From Dicyema japonicum (lineage: Eukaryota; Animalia; Dicyemida): 64,000 nucleotides of DNA. Below the pieces are notes generated by a model. That model saw nothing but the letters and a program-made list of their open reading frames with translations, was not told where the DNA came from and did not search any database. The stretch spans positions 672,511 through 736,510 of the forward strand of contig RDEW01000027.1 in the NCBI GenBank assembly GCA_011109175.1. Reading direction: 5' to 3'. Shown here piece by piece: positions 50,551 to 62,567 of this stretch. Position numbers and translations under genes: made by a program. The first letter of the stretch is position 1. Every line of letters begins with the position of its first letter.

Positions 50551-52400
50551 AATTACTTTTACTGTTGATTAATAAAAATAAGGTGACAACTGAATTACTA
50601 CCGAATTTTCCATTTTTCAACATTTTTACAACACACGTGACTTACCACTTTTTGATTTGTAATATTAAAAAAAAACAATGGTTCCGACTTCATTCTCTGC
50701 GGCACGGAATCCAATCGCTTCTACCGATCAGTGATAGATGCAGCCGATACACATATATTGAGGAAAACCCACGCCTCTCTAAATTCTCATGAAAAAGGAA
50801 CGTGGTGGATTCAGAAAAGCTGTGGGTACCATGGAGGAGCACAGCAAAAAGCTCTTGATCCTGTTGAGGTCTATAGGGATTGCTTAATTAGATGGTTAAC
50901 TCTCTCTTCATTTGTGTTCCCTTTTCGGAGTTAGATAATGATACTAAAAAGAAGTATACCAGTAATTGAAAGTATTTGTATAAGTTCATGAAATTTGAAA
51001 CAAAAGAAAATCACATCGTTTGTGTAATTAACTTTATGTGCGGGGAATTTGCTACGACATAAAATCCGTATAGTGAGACAATCACGAGATCCGTTTAGTT
51101 AATCTTCTGTTCAAGACTAGTTAAGCTTTGGATTCTATGAATGGTTAATATGAATAAACAAATTCGTATTTCTTTTGATTATTATTTGCTATTACTTACA
51201 TCAAATTTAAAATTCATGACTTAAGGGCAATAATCATTCCAAGGATTTGTGAAAACCTGAGATCTCTGAATCTTGCTGTACTGTCTCTTGGCTACTGTTG
51301 CGTGCTTTATTTTTGCTTCCGAATAGAGCTCAATTGGGGTCTCAGTTTGTGCTTATACATTAAGCATAATATCTAGGTTGGGTCACTAAGAATAGTGACA
51401 AAATCATTGAAATGTAATCAAAATCGGCAATAAAATTCTTAGCCATGTCCTGCATCTTTGATGACATTTTCTCTCGTTCTGGTTCACTTTTATTTTCGCC
51501 TCACCAGGTACATCTCACTGATCTCTAAGAGTGTTTGATTTTGTTTTTTACTTTTATACTTGTAAGGGAGATTTTAATTGGTTAATTGCACGTTATTTAG
51601 AAATGCAAGATTATGGATCAACTTCTCCAGCATTTGGATGCAAGAATTAGGAATCTGCGGGTTTGCGATCGTTTCTTCCATAAACTCATCTATTAGTTTC
51701 GAGGGGGTTAAGTGAATACGAATTAAATGAAGGTCTTGGAATGCCTAAAGAATCATTATCTTTTGAGTAAAGACAAATCTTCACATGAAGACAATTACTC
51801 CACAAAAACATTTTGGAAAGTCTCCGTTTCAAATCCATCTTTCGAATAGAAAAGATGACTTTTTCCTCTGACTTAATTTACCCCACAAAGTCTCCTATGT
51901 CTCTTTGTGTTCCTCAAGTAAAGTTAAAATGCTGAAGATGACTAAGATATAATTATTTTTGAAAATTCCTGTCGAATATTAAAAATTATAAAGGGAGTTT
52001 TGATCATTTTTATGGTTTCAATACATTTCATTATTAATCAAATTATTTTGACATTTATGACAACTAGAAGTCAATCAGTGACTTTGATTGTCAAAAACAT
52101 ATTACTCAGAATTACCAGGATTTATACAAATGAAACAATCAACCGAGGTACGTACAGTAGCATGCCTGAATTCGTGGCTATTCTCTCTCAGGATAACGAA
52201 CATAACATAACATTTTTTTATCAAAACCAAGACATAGCGATAGTTATGGGGGATTATTTTATTAAAAATCCTGCCATGAAGCTTGGATTATTTCCCAGTT
52301 TTACCCCCCTTTACCTTCACAATATTTTATGAATGAACGAGTCATTCACTTTGGTCCTCAGAAAAAAACCCTCAATCCGTTACACTACCACGCTCCTTAT

Positions 52401-52640
52401 TTACTTGATCAGGGTTTCCTCATCCTCATCTAGTGGTTCTTCACCCCTTTTATGAAGGGCCAGGTCGATTGCCATCTTCCTCTTCTTGTCCAAAAGATTG
52501 ATTATTCTTTCTTTTTTGGGTGAAAGATACCATCTTTCACATACGTAGACGAGAGAGGGAAGAATAATTCTTTCAAAAGTAAAGATAAAGTCTCTTTCTT
52601 CAAATCGAGTTTTTGTAGACACACAAGTGCTGATAACGAC
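52401..52640 (-). mobile_element. LINE RT C-terminal remnant (RTE-like)
   Basis: IILPSLVYVCERW resembles the ILP.LLYG.E.W motif. Confidence 0.5.
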
Positions 52641-52779
52641 CAATCACCAATTTTGATTTTATATCAATTAAAATTAATTCCAGATTAGCGAGATATGCGA
52701 CGAAAAGTTATATTAAACGATTTTTATTAGTTTAACAATTTTTAAATAAATTTCCACATACACTTCCTGAAGTTCTTAA

Positions 52780-53320
52780 TGAAGATCTGAGGCTGTCGAA
52801 GAAAGCATGAGGGACGGTGAAAATTTTGATGATCTGAGGAGCTCCCTGTTAAACAATGCAAGGTGTAAGAAATCTGTAACCAGAACTATTCAAAGCCGGT
52901 CTCCTTTATATGAATTATTTGTTGTTTTATTTATTTACCGCCGGTCCCTTCAAGTGTAGGAAACTGCTGATTACAGGAAAGTAACTACGAAAAACGAATT
53001 CTTTCAGAGATCCGTCAGATATATTTGGTGGAGCAGAAATCAAAAGTNTAAAGAAAGCATGAGGGACGGAGAAGACTTTGGTGATCTGAGGAGCACCCTG
53101 TTAAACAATGCAAGGTGTAAGAGATCGGTATCCAGAACTATCCAAGGTCGGTCTCCTTTATATGAATTATTTATTGTTTTACTTATTTACCCCCGGTCCA
53201 TTCAAATGTAGGAAACCGCTTACTACAAGAAAGTAACTACCAAAAACGAACTCTCCCAGAGATCCGTCAGATATATCTAGTGGAGCAGAAATCAAAGGTG
53301 ATCTGTAAGTTTACATAATT
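52780..53320 (+). repeat. unclassified dispersed repeat (inverted relative at about 54500-54660)
   Basis: CTCCCAGAGATCCG.CAG and flanking blocks recur inverted. Two diverged copies flank the n at 53048. Confidence 0.55.
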
Positions 53321-53849
53321 CTCACTTTTTAAGGGTGGCACAGTACAACGAATTCCAAGTAAAAATTACTTTTTTCGACTTCTTCTTTACTTGGGGATCG
53401 ATCTTTTGTCGTCCCTAACTTTCAAAAATATCATTTTTATTCCAACTAGTTCCTATCATTTTTAAAGTGGCTTCTGACTTCGATTAGATACATTTCATTT
53501 TTAGACTCAATAAGAAAAAAAGTTTTTCGACCTTTTTTTATTCAGGGACCGCCGTCATTCTCAAAGTGGCTTCTGACTTCGATTAGATACATTTCATTTT
53601 TAGACTCAATAAGAAAAAAAGTTTTTCAACCTTTTTTTATTCAGGGACCGCCTCCTTTTCGTCCTTTACATTGGATTTATTCAAAGAATATCACTTTTAC
53701 CCTTTTAAGGATCGTCTAGTAGTTTTATTTGGTTGAGGTAAATTTGTCAACTTTTCTGGACAGACAGAATCACAAACTCAGTATTTTATTTTATAAATTT
53801 GAACCTGAGAAGATCAACAATTGAGTTAAAAACAAACACCAATATTATC

Positions 53850-54150
53850 CCCATCAAGATCTCAAAAGATCCTAAGCGATTTTTGACATGCACGTGTGCT
53901 TTCGCCTCAAAATAAAAATGTGGCTACAAAATGCAAAAAAGGCTAACGTATTAAAATGTCTCTTGGAGTTATGAGAGATCGGAAATTACTTTATCTTGGG
54001 AACTATCTACAAACAGTACAGTGATCCGTGCATTTCTTAGCCATCCGCCTGATGCGTTCTTTTATAATTTCTAGGAAAGAGAATCGGGCCAAGATGAAGT
54101 CTCTAATGAAACGTGCGGCGATCACATGAGTAGTTAGTTTGTTGTTACCG
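53850..54150 (+). mobile_element. Jockey-like LINE fragment
   Basis: TKCKK.NVLKCL...TIYKQYSDPCIS, homologous to 37200-37350 (-). Confidence 0.6.
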
Positions 54151-56188
54151 TGGTCTTACCGAATTTTCGTTTCACTTCACATAATCAACGTGACGTTTCC
54201 TTTCACGATGGATATCAAGATCAACTGGAAGAGCCACTGGGTTTCGAGTATGACCAGACATCCTAGGTTTTTGAAGAAAAAAAAACTTCTCGCTTATCGG
54301 ACAACAATCAAAATTTCACTCTCAAGTCAAGAGAACAACAAAAAAAACTAAAAATTAGAAGTTTAAATAATTTTTGATTTTCTTAGTTAAGTAAAAGCAC
54401 TTAGGTCACAACATGGATTTAAGTTCTTATCCGAACAGAATCGGACAATCTTCTCCACTTTGCCAATCATGCCTTCTTGACGACCAGAATACCTCTTCTC
54501 TTGTCCGGGTTTCCCTCCAAGTTCTATATAAAATCAAATACACCTGTCGGATCTCTGGGAGCGTCCGCTTATGGCTGTGACGTTCTTGTTAGCCACTAGT
54601 TTTCTGTATTTGAAGCGACCTGGGTTAAATAAATAATAAATAAAAGCACCTCATTGTTTCCCATAAGCATATGAATATTTATGATTTTGCTTGTGCCGCA
54701 CTCCCAACTATTTTTTTACTAGTTTCTTCCACGTAGAATAGACAGACTAAAAGTAAGATAAAGACGAAAACATCACTAGACAAGTGCCAACCACTCACCG
54801 ACAGTAATTTCCTCGATGGTTTGGATAGTGCTAAAATCTTTTTATGTTAACTTTATCATACAGAATAAAACTTATTATTTGATTAACTTAAAAAATTAAA
54901 TGGTCCCACAATTTAAACAATTTATGACTGCTGCTAATGCCTGTTTAGTCGCTGGGAAAAACGAAACAATAAAATTCCTAAAGTATGTTGACATTCCCAG
55001 TGATGTGACATTTGTTACTCGTGGAGACCCAAGATATTTTTGCTATATTTTCCTCAATAAACTCAAAATTATTATCTCAGCCCGTTCAAGGAACCTTCAC
55101 GAACGGTGCTATTCGAGCGTGCTTCCCTTGCAGTCAAGAAAAGGAATAGCCATGCAGTCAGACTCACTAATTCTAATTTTTTGTTTTTGTTTTTCATGAA
55201 AAAAAATTGATTCTGTTGACTCTCTTTAATGTGCTCATACTTAATTTAAGAGTCTTACTATTTTTCTTTATGTAAATGAGAAGATGAATGGAATGCCAAC
55301 CTTCTGGTGAATTAGTAAGTAAGTAAATTGATCTTGTCATTTGGTATATATAAACGAGAAAAAAATGGACGAGGAGGTGATGAAACTGAATGCAGGTAAG
55401 CTGATTGATCCTGTTACTTTTCCAAAAATTATATAAAATCATCCCCAATTTTACAAAAAAAATTCCCATTATGGAGCAATTCAAAGTACGGGCTATTTGC
55501 GATATTATTAACTTTGGCACGAGAAAAAAGCTTCCAAGAGCGGTAAGTACGATGGAGGAACATGGATGGATGATGACCCAGCTAACTGAGGGAACTTGGA
55601 TTACTTAACTGTACTTTGTTTTTCTTTTTCGGTGATTTTGTGTTTTAAATAAATACTAACTTTGGCCTGGTAGAAGATATAATTCATTAGAGAGTAAGTT
55701 GTAATTATTCAGCTTCTCAGTTTCAACATATGAATTATTCCAGGGAGTTATTTTTACCTCAACGATCAAGATAATGTTTTTTATCAGAGTACTTGACTCT
55801 TTTTGTTATGGTTGGCATGTGAATTTGTTTTAATTTGAGAGTTGGTTAAAATTTCTATTAAAAAACTATGAATAGAATTTTTTCATTTTCGCGCGTTTTA
55901 ATACACATATCTCACAGCCAACTGGTTAACTGGTCGGAAGGTTGAGGTGGTTACGAACAAAATATCTGCATAGTTTCATGACGGATAAAGCCCTTTGTCT
56001 TCCTTTTCTATTGAGCATATACAAAGTGATAGACTTGGGAAACATCTGAAACCCTAAATTATGGACTAACGAAGTGTCGGAGGCACATAGGATCCGGGTT
56101 CAAATTTTATCTATTCCAAAATTGAAAGGCTTGGCAAACGTTGCACATTACGCAGAGCCATCTTATCTATTTCTCCACCAAAAAGGAA

Positions 56189-56331
56189 ACACACTTTATT
56201 TTAAGTAAAGAACAGTTATCATAACTAATCGTAGAGGGAGAACCAAGGAATGCTCCTTTTGTTGTTGTTGTGTGTAAGTCCTTTATAGATGATCCAGTCC
56301 CGCAGTGATGTTCACTGCTGACGGCGTCACT
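56189..56331 (-). repeat. repeat family A copy (minus)
   Basis: Reverse complement of GTGACGCCGTCA...CCTTGGTTCTCCCTCTACGATTAG...AAAATAAAGTGTGT. Confidence 0.8.
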
Positions 56332-56969
56332 ATTAAAGCCAAAGGAAGTTGCACGTATATGATAATTGATATGATTCTATGCATGATGGTAGTAATATCT
56401 CACAGTATGTAACGTATAAGTTCTACATGATTTATTTGATGAGTTAAAAATAACCAAGAGCGGGATAAATACTCACTTAAAAGAAAATGATGTATCATAA
56501 CACAGTATGTAACGTATAAGTTCTACATGATTTATTTGATGAGTTAAAAATAACCAAGAGCGGGATAAATACTCACTTAAAAGAAAATGATGTATCATAA
56601 AACCAATCGAATTTATTACTTTTAAGAGTTTGGAAAAAGTCACGGAGTTTGGAAAAAGTCACGGATTTGGAAAAAATAGGATTATAAATTTTGTCTAATT
56701 TCATTTTATAAGATACTCGGCTTGTTTGACCAAAAAAAGTAAAACCATGAACTTTACTCGGCGTTTTTTCTTTGAGTCTGAAAATGCCCACGATGAGCAG
56801 AGAAAGTCAGTATAACTGGTACCCTGCATTGCTTAGACGATTTAGGGTTTCCATAGTGTTTAGTAGGAGTTTTTTCATTGATCCACTGTTCCATCACTCT
56901 GTATACTTATTGTGGAGATTATAAAACGATCTGTTTTTATGTTAAGGCGTCTTGCATTATGTTATGTTG

Positions 56970-57410
56970 TCCAATTAAGTCATGTCCGACCCTTGGAGAT
57001 TTCATGAACGAGTTTCCTCCATTCTCCCCGATCCGTTGGAATTTAGAGTAGCCTTGATATAGGCATTCCCGTGACGTCTTCCACCGTAGATAACCACCGA
57101 GTTTTCGGTCGACCAGGTCTTTTCTTCCCAGTAATATTGTTCAGCATAATGGTTCTTTCCAGTGAATCAGAGCGGACAACATGCCCAAAGAACGCCAATC
57201 TGTGTTTAACGATTTTTCCTTCTAGCGAAATGTCCGTCTCTACCCGTTTGAGTACATCGATGTTTGTTATTTTGGAAGTCCAAGGAATTCTTAGTAACCT
57301 CCTTCAGCACTACAGCTCAAAAGCATCAATTTTTCGTCTATCTGCCTTTTTAGTATCCATGATTCTGTGCCGTATAGAAAAACCGGGAACACGATTGCAT
57401 TAACCAGTCT
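56970..57410 (-). mobile_element. RTE-clade LINE 3' end
   Basis: VFPVFLYGTESW...IDAFEL...RRLLRIPWT...FFGHVVR...GKKRPGRPKTRW...DRGEWRKLV. Confidence 0.9.
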
Positions 57411-57734
57411 GCATTTGGTCCTCAAGCAAATATCTTTGCTTTTTCAAATTCTATTCGTCTTGCATACAACAAATAAATTGTATAGGAGTTTTTTTTGCTG
57501 GATTATTCAAAAGTACGTTTACTATTTAAAGGTAGTGCGAGGGCTTAAGTGGCTTAGGCTACGAATTCGAATCTCGCTGTTCACCTGGTGGAAGGTTCCA
57601 CGCATCTACGATGCAGAAAGGGTTTGACGAGTGACGCCGTCATCAGTGNATTTCTATTCGTCTTGCATACAACAAATAAATTGTATAGGAGTTTTTTTTG
57701 CTGGATTATTCAAGAGTACTTTTACTATTTAAAA

Positions 57735-58010
57735 GTAGTGCGAGGGCTTAAGTGGCTTAGGCTACGGGTTCGAATCTCGCTGTTCACCTGGTGGAAGGTT
57801 CCACGCATCTACGATGCAGAAAGGGTTTAACGAGTGACGCCGTCATCAGTGGACACTCACTGCGGAACTGGATTCTCTAGAAAGGACACTCACACAAGAA
57901 AAAGAAAAAAGAAGTGAAGATCATTCCTTGGTTCTACGATTAGTTAAAATTAACTGTTCTTTACTTAAATAAAGTGTGTGTCCTGCCTATGCGGAGCTAT
58001 AAATACTAGG
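57735..58010 (+). repeat. most complete copy of tRNA-derived repeat family A (probable SINE)
   Basis: B-box GGTTCGAATC at 57767-57776, then the family body. Further copies at 58070-58400, 59115-59390 (GTTCGAATC at 59158) and 61790-61840. Confidence 0.7.
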
Positions 58011-58499
58011 CTTTATTATTATTTATTATTATTAGTGCGGGAAAATTTCAGATAGTTTCGGAACCGGATTTTCTACAGGAACTCACACGCAACAAACAAA
58101 GAAAAAAAGAAGTTAAAAACATTCCTTGCAAGAACATACTCTCAAAAATTAGTTAGCATAACTGTTCTTTACTCTAAAATAAAGTGTGTTATGCCCATGT
58201 GAGATATAAGTCTTATGGCTCACGCGAGAGTCGAATGTTGATTGTATCTAAGGTATAAANTGTTTACAGGAACTCACACACAACAAACAAAGAAAAAAAG
58301 AAGTTAAGAACATTCCTTGCAATAATATACTCTCAAAAATTAGTTAGCATAACTGTTCTTTACTCTAAAATAAAGTGTGTTATGCCCATGGGAGATATAA
58401 GTCTTATAACTCACACGAGAGTCGAATGTTGATTGTATTTAAGGCATAAACATATAGTAAATGGTATTGGGGGTAAATATCAGTTTTTGGAGTGAAACA

Positions 58500-58780
58500 A
58501 TACATTGGCTTAAATTTGTTTTTCTGTTTGTGCGAGCTGAAGAGCTTTGGCTTTCACAGGCGACTTCCAAGTGTAGCCAAATTTTCTAGTCTCTTGACAG
58601 TGATTCCCGCTTATTCCTCCAATTGTCTTAACGACAAGATCACGAATCATGAACTATTCCAGGAACCTATTGTGCCTCTTTTCTTTAATTTTCTCAGCCT
58701 TATCTGCACCATATAACAAGTTTATCTCACCCCCGACAATTATCCAACAGTCTTCTGTAGACCCCTTGGTTGACTGGTCT
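58500..58780 (-). mobile_element. CRE-like endonuclease remnant
   Basis: ADKAEKIKEKRH...LVVKTIGGISG resembles AE..K..KY...VVETLGG. Confidence 0.55.
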
Positions 58781-61700
58781 GTAAACAGATATTTTTTTCT
58801 ATAAAAATGAAAATTTGAGATAAGCCTCATTGAAGTCAAAATTCCTTATAGAATCGACTTAAATATGTTTAGGTGAGAAACGTCACAAATATGACTTCTT
58901 TGGTGGAGAGGTCTCATTTCTGTACGACTTCCAAGTGAATTTTATTTATTGTGTCCTGCTATGTAGTTGTTTCTGAATGCTTCAAGAAATTTTCTAATGA
59001 AGAAGCAAAGAGAATTCCAATCAATTGTATTAAAGAAGACTCTTGGAGAAAGGTTATTGAATACAAATATGGACTGAGAGTCTAACGAAAAGTTTATATT
59101 CACCTCCATCTAACTCGTAGACCGAATAAGTTCTGCATCAAGATCACGAGGTCCCCTGTTCGAATCTCGGTATTGTCCATTCGATTGAAGGTTCCACGAA
59201 TCTACGATGCTTTGGGGTTGACGAGTGACGGCGTCATCTGTGTTCCAAAACAGCGGAACTGGATTGTCTTCTGGGACTCCACACAAACACAGAGAACGAG
59301 CAGTCAAGAACACTTGCAATGTCTTGGACATGTTTTGGATTAATTAACATTACTGTTCTTACTTTTTAAAATAAAATGAGTTCTGCCTAAGGTGGGTACA
59401 ATACTGCACTTTAAGAGATGGGTATATTGATAGAAACATTACCTACTCCCTGCCGGGAGGGCAAAATTCATATTTCTGAAATGGAAGCCGTTCATTAACT
59501 TCTCAAATTGATTCACGATTGGATCAATAGTCTTGATATTGAGAAGGCTCGTAAGCATCCGCCACCAAAAATTGATATAAGTAAAACCTCCATACGTTCA
59601 TGTCCACTCGACACCCTTCCCCTGCGGTTACTCTGTACTTTACAAGAGTATATGAACAAAATCGGACAATCGGATTTTAGCTGCATTCTTCCTACCTCCC
59701 TGACGAGCTTTATTTATTCTGACCTGCTTTCAATTTTTTCCCTGCCCCAGATCCATCTGAGTGATCTCTGGAAATGTTCGCTATTTGTTGATACTTTATG
59801 TTCGCCACCAGTTTCTCTTAAAATTCTAAAATTCTTCCATTTTTTGTATAATCATGACCAAAGTATTGGGGGTGACTATAACCAAATTATTATTAATTGA
59901 AGTAACTACAAAAACAGTAATCTAAAATGGACATCTGGAATATAAAAATGATGATTCTATTTATGGTAAACTTGGTAAAACTCTTTAAACACAACTTTAA
60001 ACTAAATTCAGCCACGTAGTGATATGTCAATAATTGGTTGAAGATTTTTGTTCCTTTGTTTTTTCCTCCTCTGACCTTTCCTACTAGAGTGACGTCATAT
60101 GATCCACCTGTCTCAGGTAGCACCCAGTGCCAGGCTGGCAAGAAAAAGGATCATTTGCTCTTTCTCACTCCACTGTAGGGATTTCCACAACTGCAAGGAA
60201 TTGACGTCTTTTACCTTTTATGCTGGTTCCGGATGGACTTGTGTGTCGTTGAAAGACTCAGTTTCTGTAACAGTGGAAACTGGATACACTTAANTCCTAC
60301 TAGAGTGACGTCATATGATCCACCTGTCTCAGGTAGCGCCCAGTGCCAGGCTGGCAAGAAAAAGGATCATTTGCTCTTCCTCACTCCACTGTAGGGATTT
60401 CCACAACTGCAAGGAATTGACGTCTTTTACTTTTCATGCTGGTTCCGGATGGACTTGTGTGTCGTTGAAAGTCTCAGTTTCTGTAACAGTGGAAACTGGA
60501 CACACTTAATTAGTTGTTTACTGTTAACTTTTTCGGTGTATTCTGGGTCAATAATAAATAAACACAAATGTAAACAAAATTTATTTAGTTTGTTGGATCA
60601 TAATGTGAGATTCCCAATAGTACTCAATCTAACTATGTAACCAAAATTGATATTAACATCGGTTTTGTAGAGAATACGGCTAAATCAACTATAAGTGAAT
60701 TTAACCACCAGGATCATTGGGTTAGAAGAGAAAAAGAATGCTCTCATGAACAATCTGTACCATTCTTTTAATTGGATATGGAGTATCTCATATTTTGCGG
60801 GACTTTCAAGGTATCTGAGGATTGTGAGAGCCGTTTGGAGGGTTAGCCGTCATTATGAATTTTTGTTGCCATTTGAGTAAGTCATTATTCTTCAAAAATA
60901 ATTTCTTAGAGAAAATCAGAGACTGTCCGTTTACGAACAACTTATTTTCAATTTAGGAAGCCACCGACAAATTCATCGGTCCTATTTTTTGAGCTACTTA
61001 TGCCTCTTGAAGCACATCTACTAGAACGACAATGAAAAATGGAAACCAAATTTCAAAACAGCCTTCTCTACAAAATCTTCTCAGATACTTGAAAACGGTC
61101 GATTTTCTTTCATAGAGGATACAGTAAGAAAGAACGGAGAAAACTGGATTCTCATGTTCGGGTTAAACCATCCGTAAGTAAAGGTTCGGTGGATATTCTT
61201 ACTTGGGAGCTCAACATATGGATGGTTTTTGATATAGCTATTGAATTTTTCGAGTCTTGTCTCGAAAAGAGCGAATCTCTAGGCTGTTGAGCATACTTCG
61301 AAGTCAGAACGATATTTTGTCGATAAAGTCTTGTAATGTATTCATTCAATTGGAAAGGACTCATGCGAGCTATCGGCCGTATAGCATTCAGTTTCTGTAT
61401 TCGCTTGAGACATTCTTTTACTCTTATAACCTAACGATTTTTAATAATAAATCATATCAAAAAACCAAAATTAATATCATTCTGATGAATTTAGAAGAGC
61501 AACACTAACAACAACTGTATACAAGATAAAAATTAGAATTCAGGATTTTCAGTCTACTGGGTAAAGATTTTAGTCTTACAAAGAATTGTATGCACAAATT
61601 GAAAAAATCTATTTAAAATTAATGGATTCTAATGGCGATCAAATACACTATTTGCAGTCTTTTCAGCATAACCTACCCTCGAGCAACCAACATATAATTA

Positions 61701-61899
61701 CCCACGTTAAAAAAATGTTTCCAGGCCTACTATCTTTAAAGACTCCCTACAATTTATTTATGGTCATTTCAAAACTTAGTCTTCTGGAAAATAAAGTGTG
61801 TGTTCTACGAGGAACTATAGCTTTTTGTAAAGTGCAGTATTATTATATACTTGGAAACGGCGCTACGTGACCTTAGAAAATTTTATGAAGCAACATAGA

Positions 61900-62110
61900 A
61901 GAATCCACTTATGCTGACGACGTCGACTTCATATCGAGAAATAAATCAACACTTATTCGCATATTGGAAGTAGATTCCAATGGACTCAAAAAATGGTACC
62001 TAACCATGAATGTTCACTAAACAGAAATAGTGGACATCAGAAGAATGGAAAGAAGATCGGATGAACAACGAAAAAGGACCAATAAGTTCGGATACTTACT
62101 TGAAGACAGT
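61900..62110 (+). mobile_element. non-LTR RT fragment
   Basis: TYADDVDF...KWYLTMNV..TE...KFGYLL. Confidence 0.65.
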
Positions 62111-62567
62111 CATCCCGGCTGAGGAACAGGGGATAGACTGCTTTCATCGAAGGCAACTGAGGTGAATGCTCGGTTTGAATTGGCTAAGGAAAATAACCAA
62201 AAAAGCTTTATATAATGTTTGCTCCACTGGTCTTTTAAATCTTGACGAGATCTCTGATCTGAGATGGAGGCTCTTCGGACATATACTGTAATTGGAAATG
62301 GATACTCCAGCTAATGTAGCAATGGAGGAGTACTTCGTTGAGACTGGATCACGTTTCTGTAGAGGCCTACAAATCAAACTTCCTGTGATACTTGACGCTG
62401 ATCTCAAGTATGCCAAAAGGAAATGAATGCGGAAAACATCTGGATGACTTAAGAGATTGCGCATGATCACGAAGGGCGGAGTCCCTTAATTAGTTTGATA
62501 GTTTCTAAGACGCATTGATGAAACTATTACGTGTGTAGCTTTAATATGATTTATTAGGAAATTAATA

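Noticed and set aside
52000-52332. 110-aa ORF as a host gene
   Set aside because: Non-ATG start, no recognisable motif and no consistent tiny-intron extension.
55194-55520. Tc3-like HTH transposase (ISQIARTLNCS)
   Set aside because: No DDE motifs or TIRs found in the adjacent sequence; too weak to call.
57071-57403. 110-aa + strand ORF
   Set aside because: Antisense shadow of the RTE 3' end.
57826-57852. Hammerhead ribozyme on the minus strand of family A (CTGATGA core)
   Set aside because: After CUGAUGA and the GACG/CGUC stem the sequence is CAAA, CAAG or UAAA rather than the invariant GAAA, and no stem III/NUH is evident.
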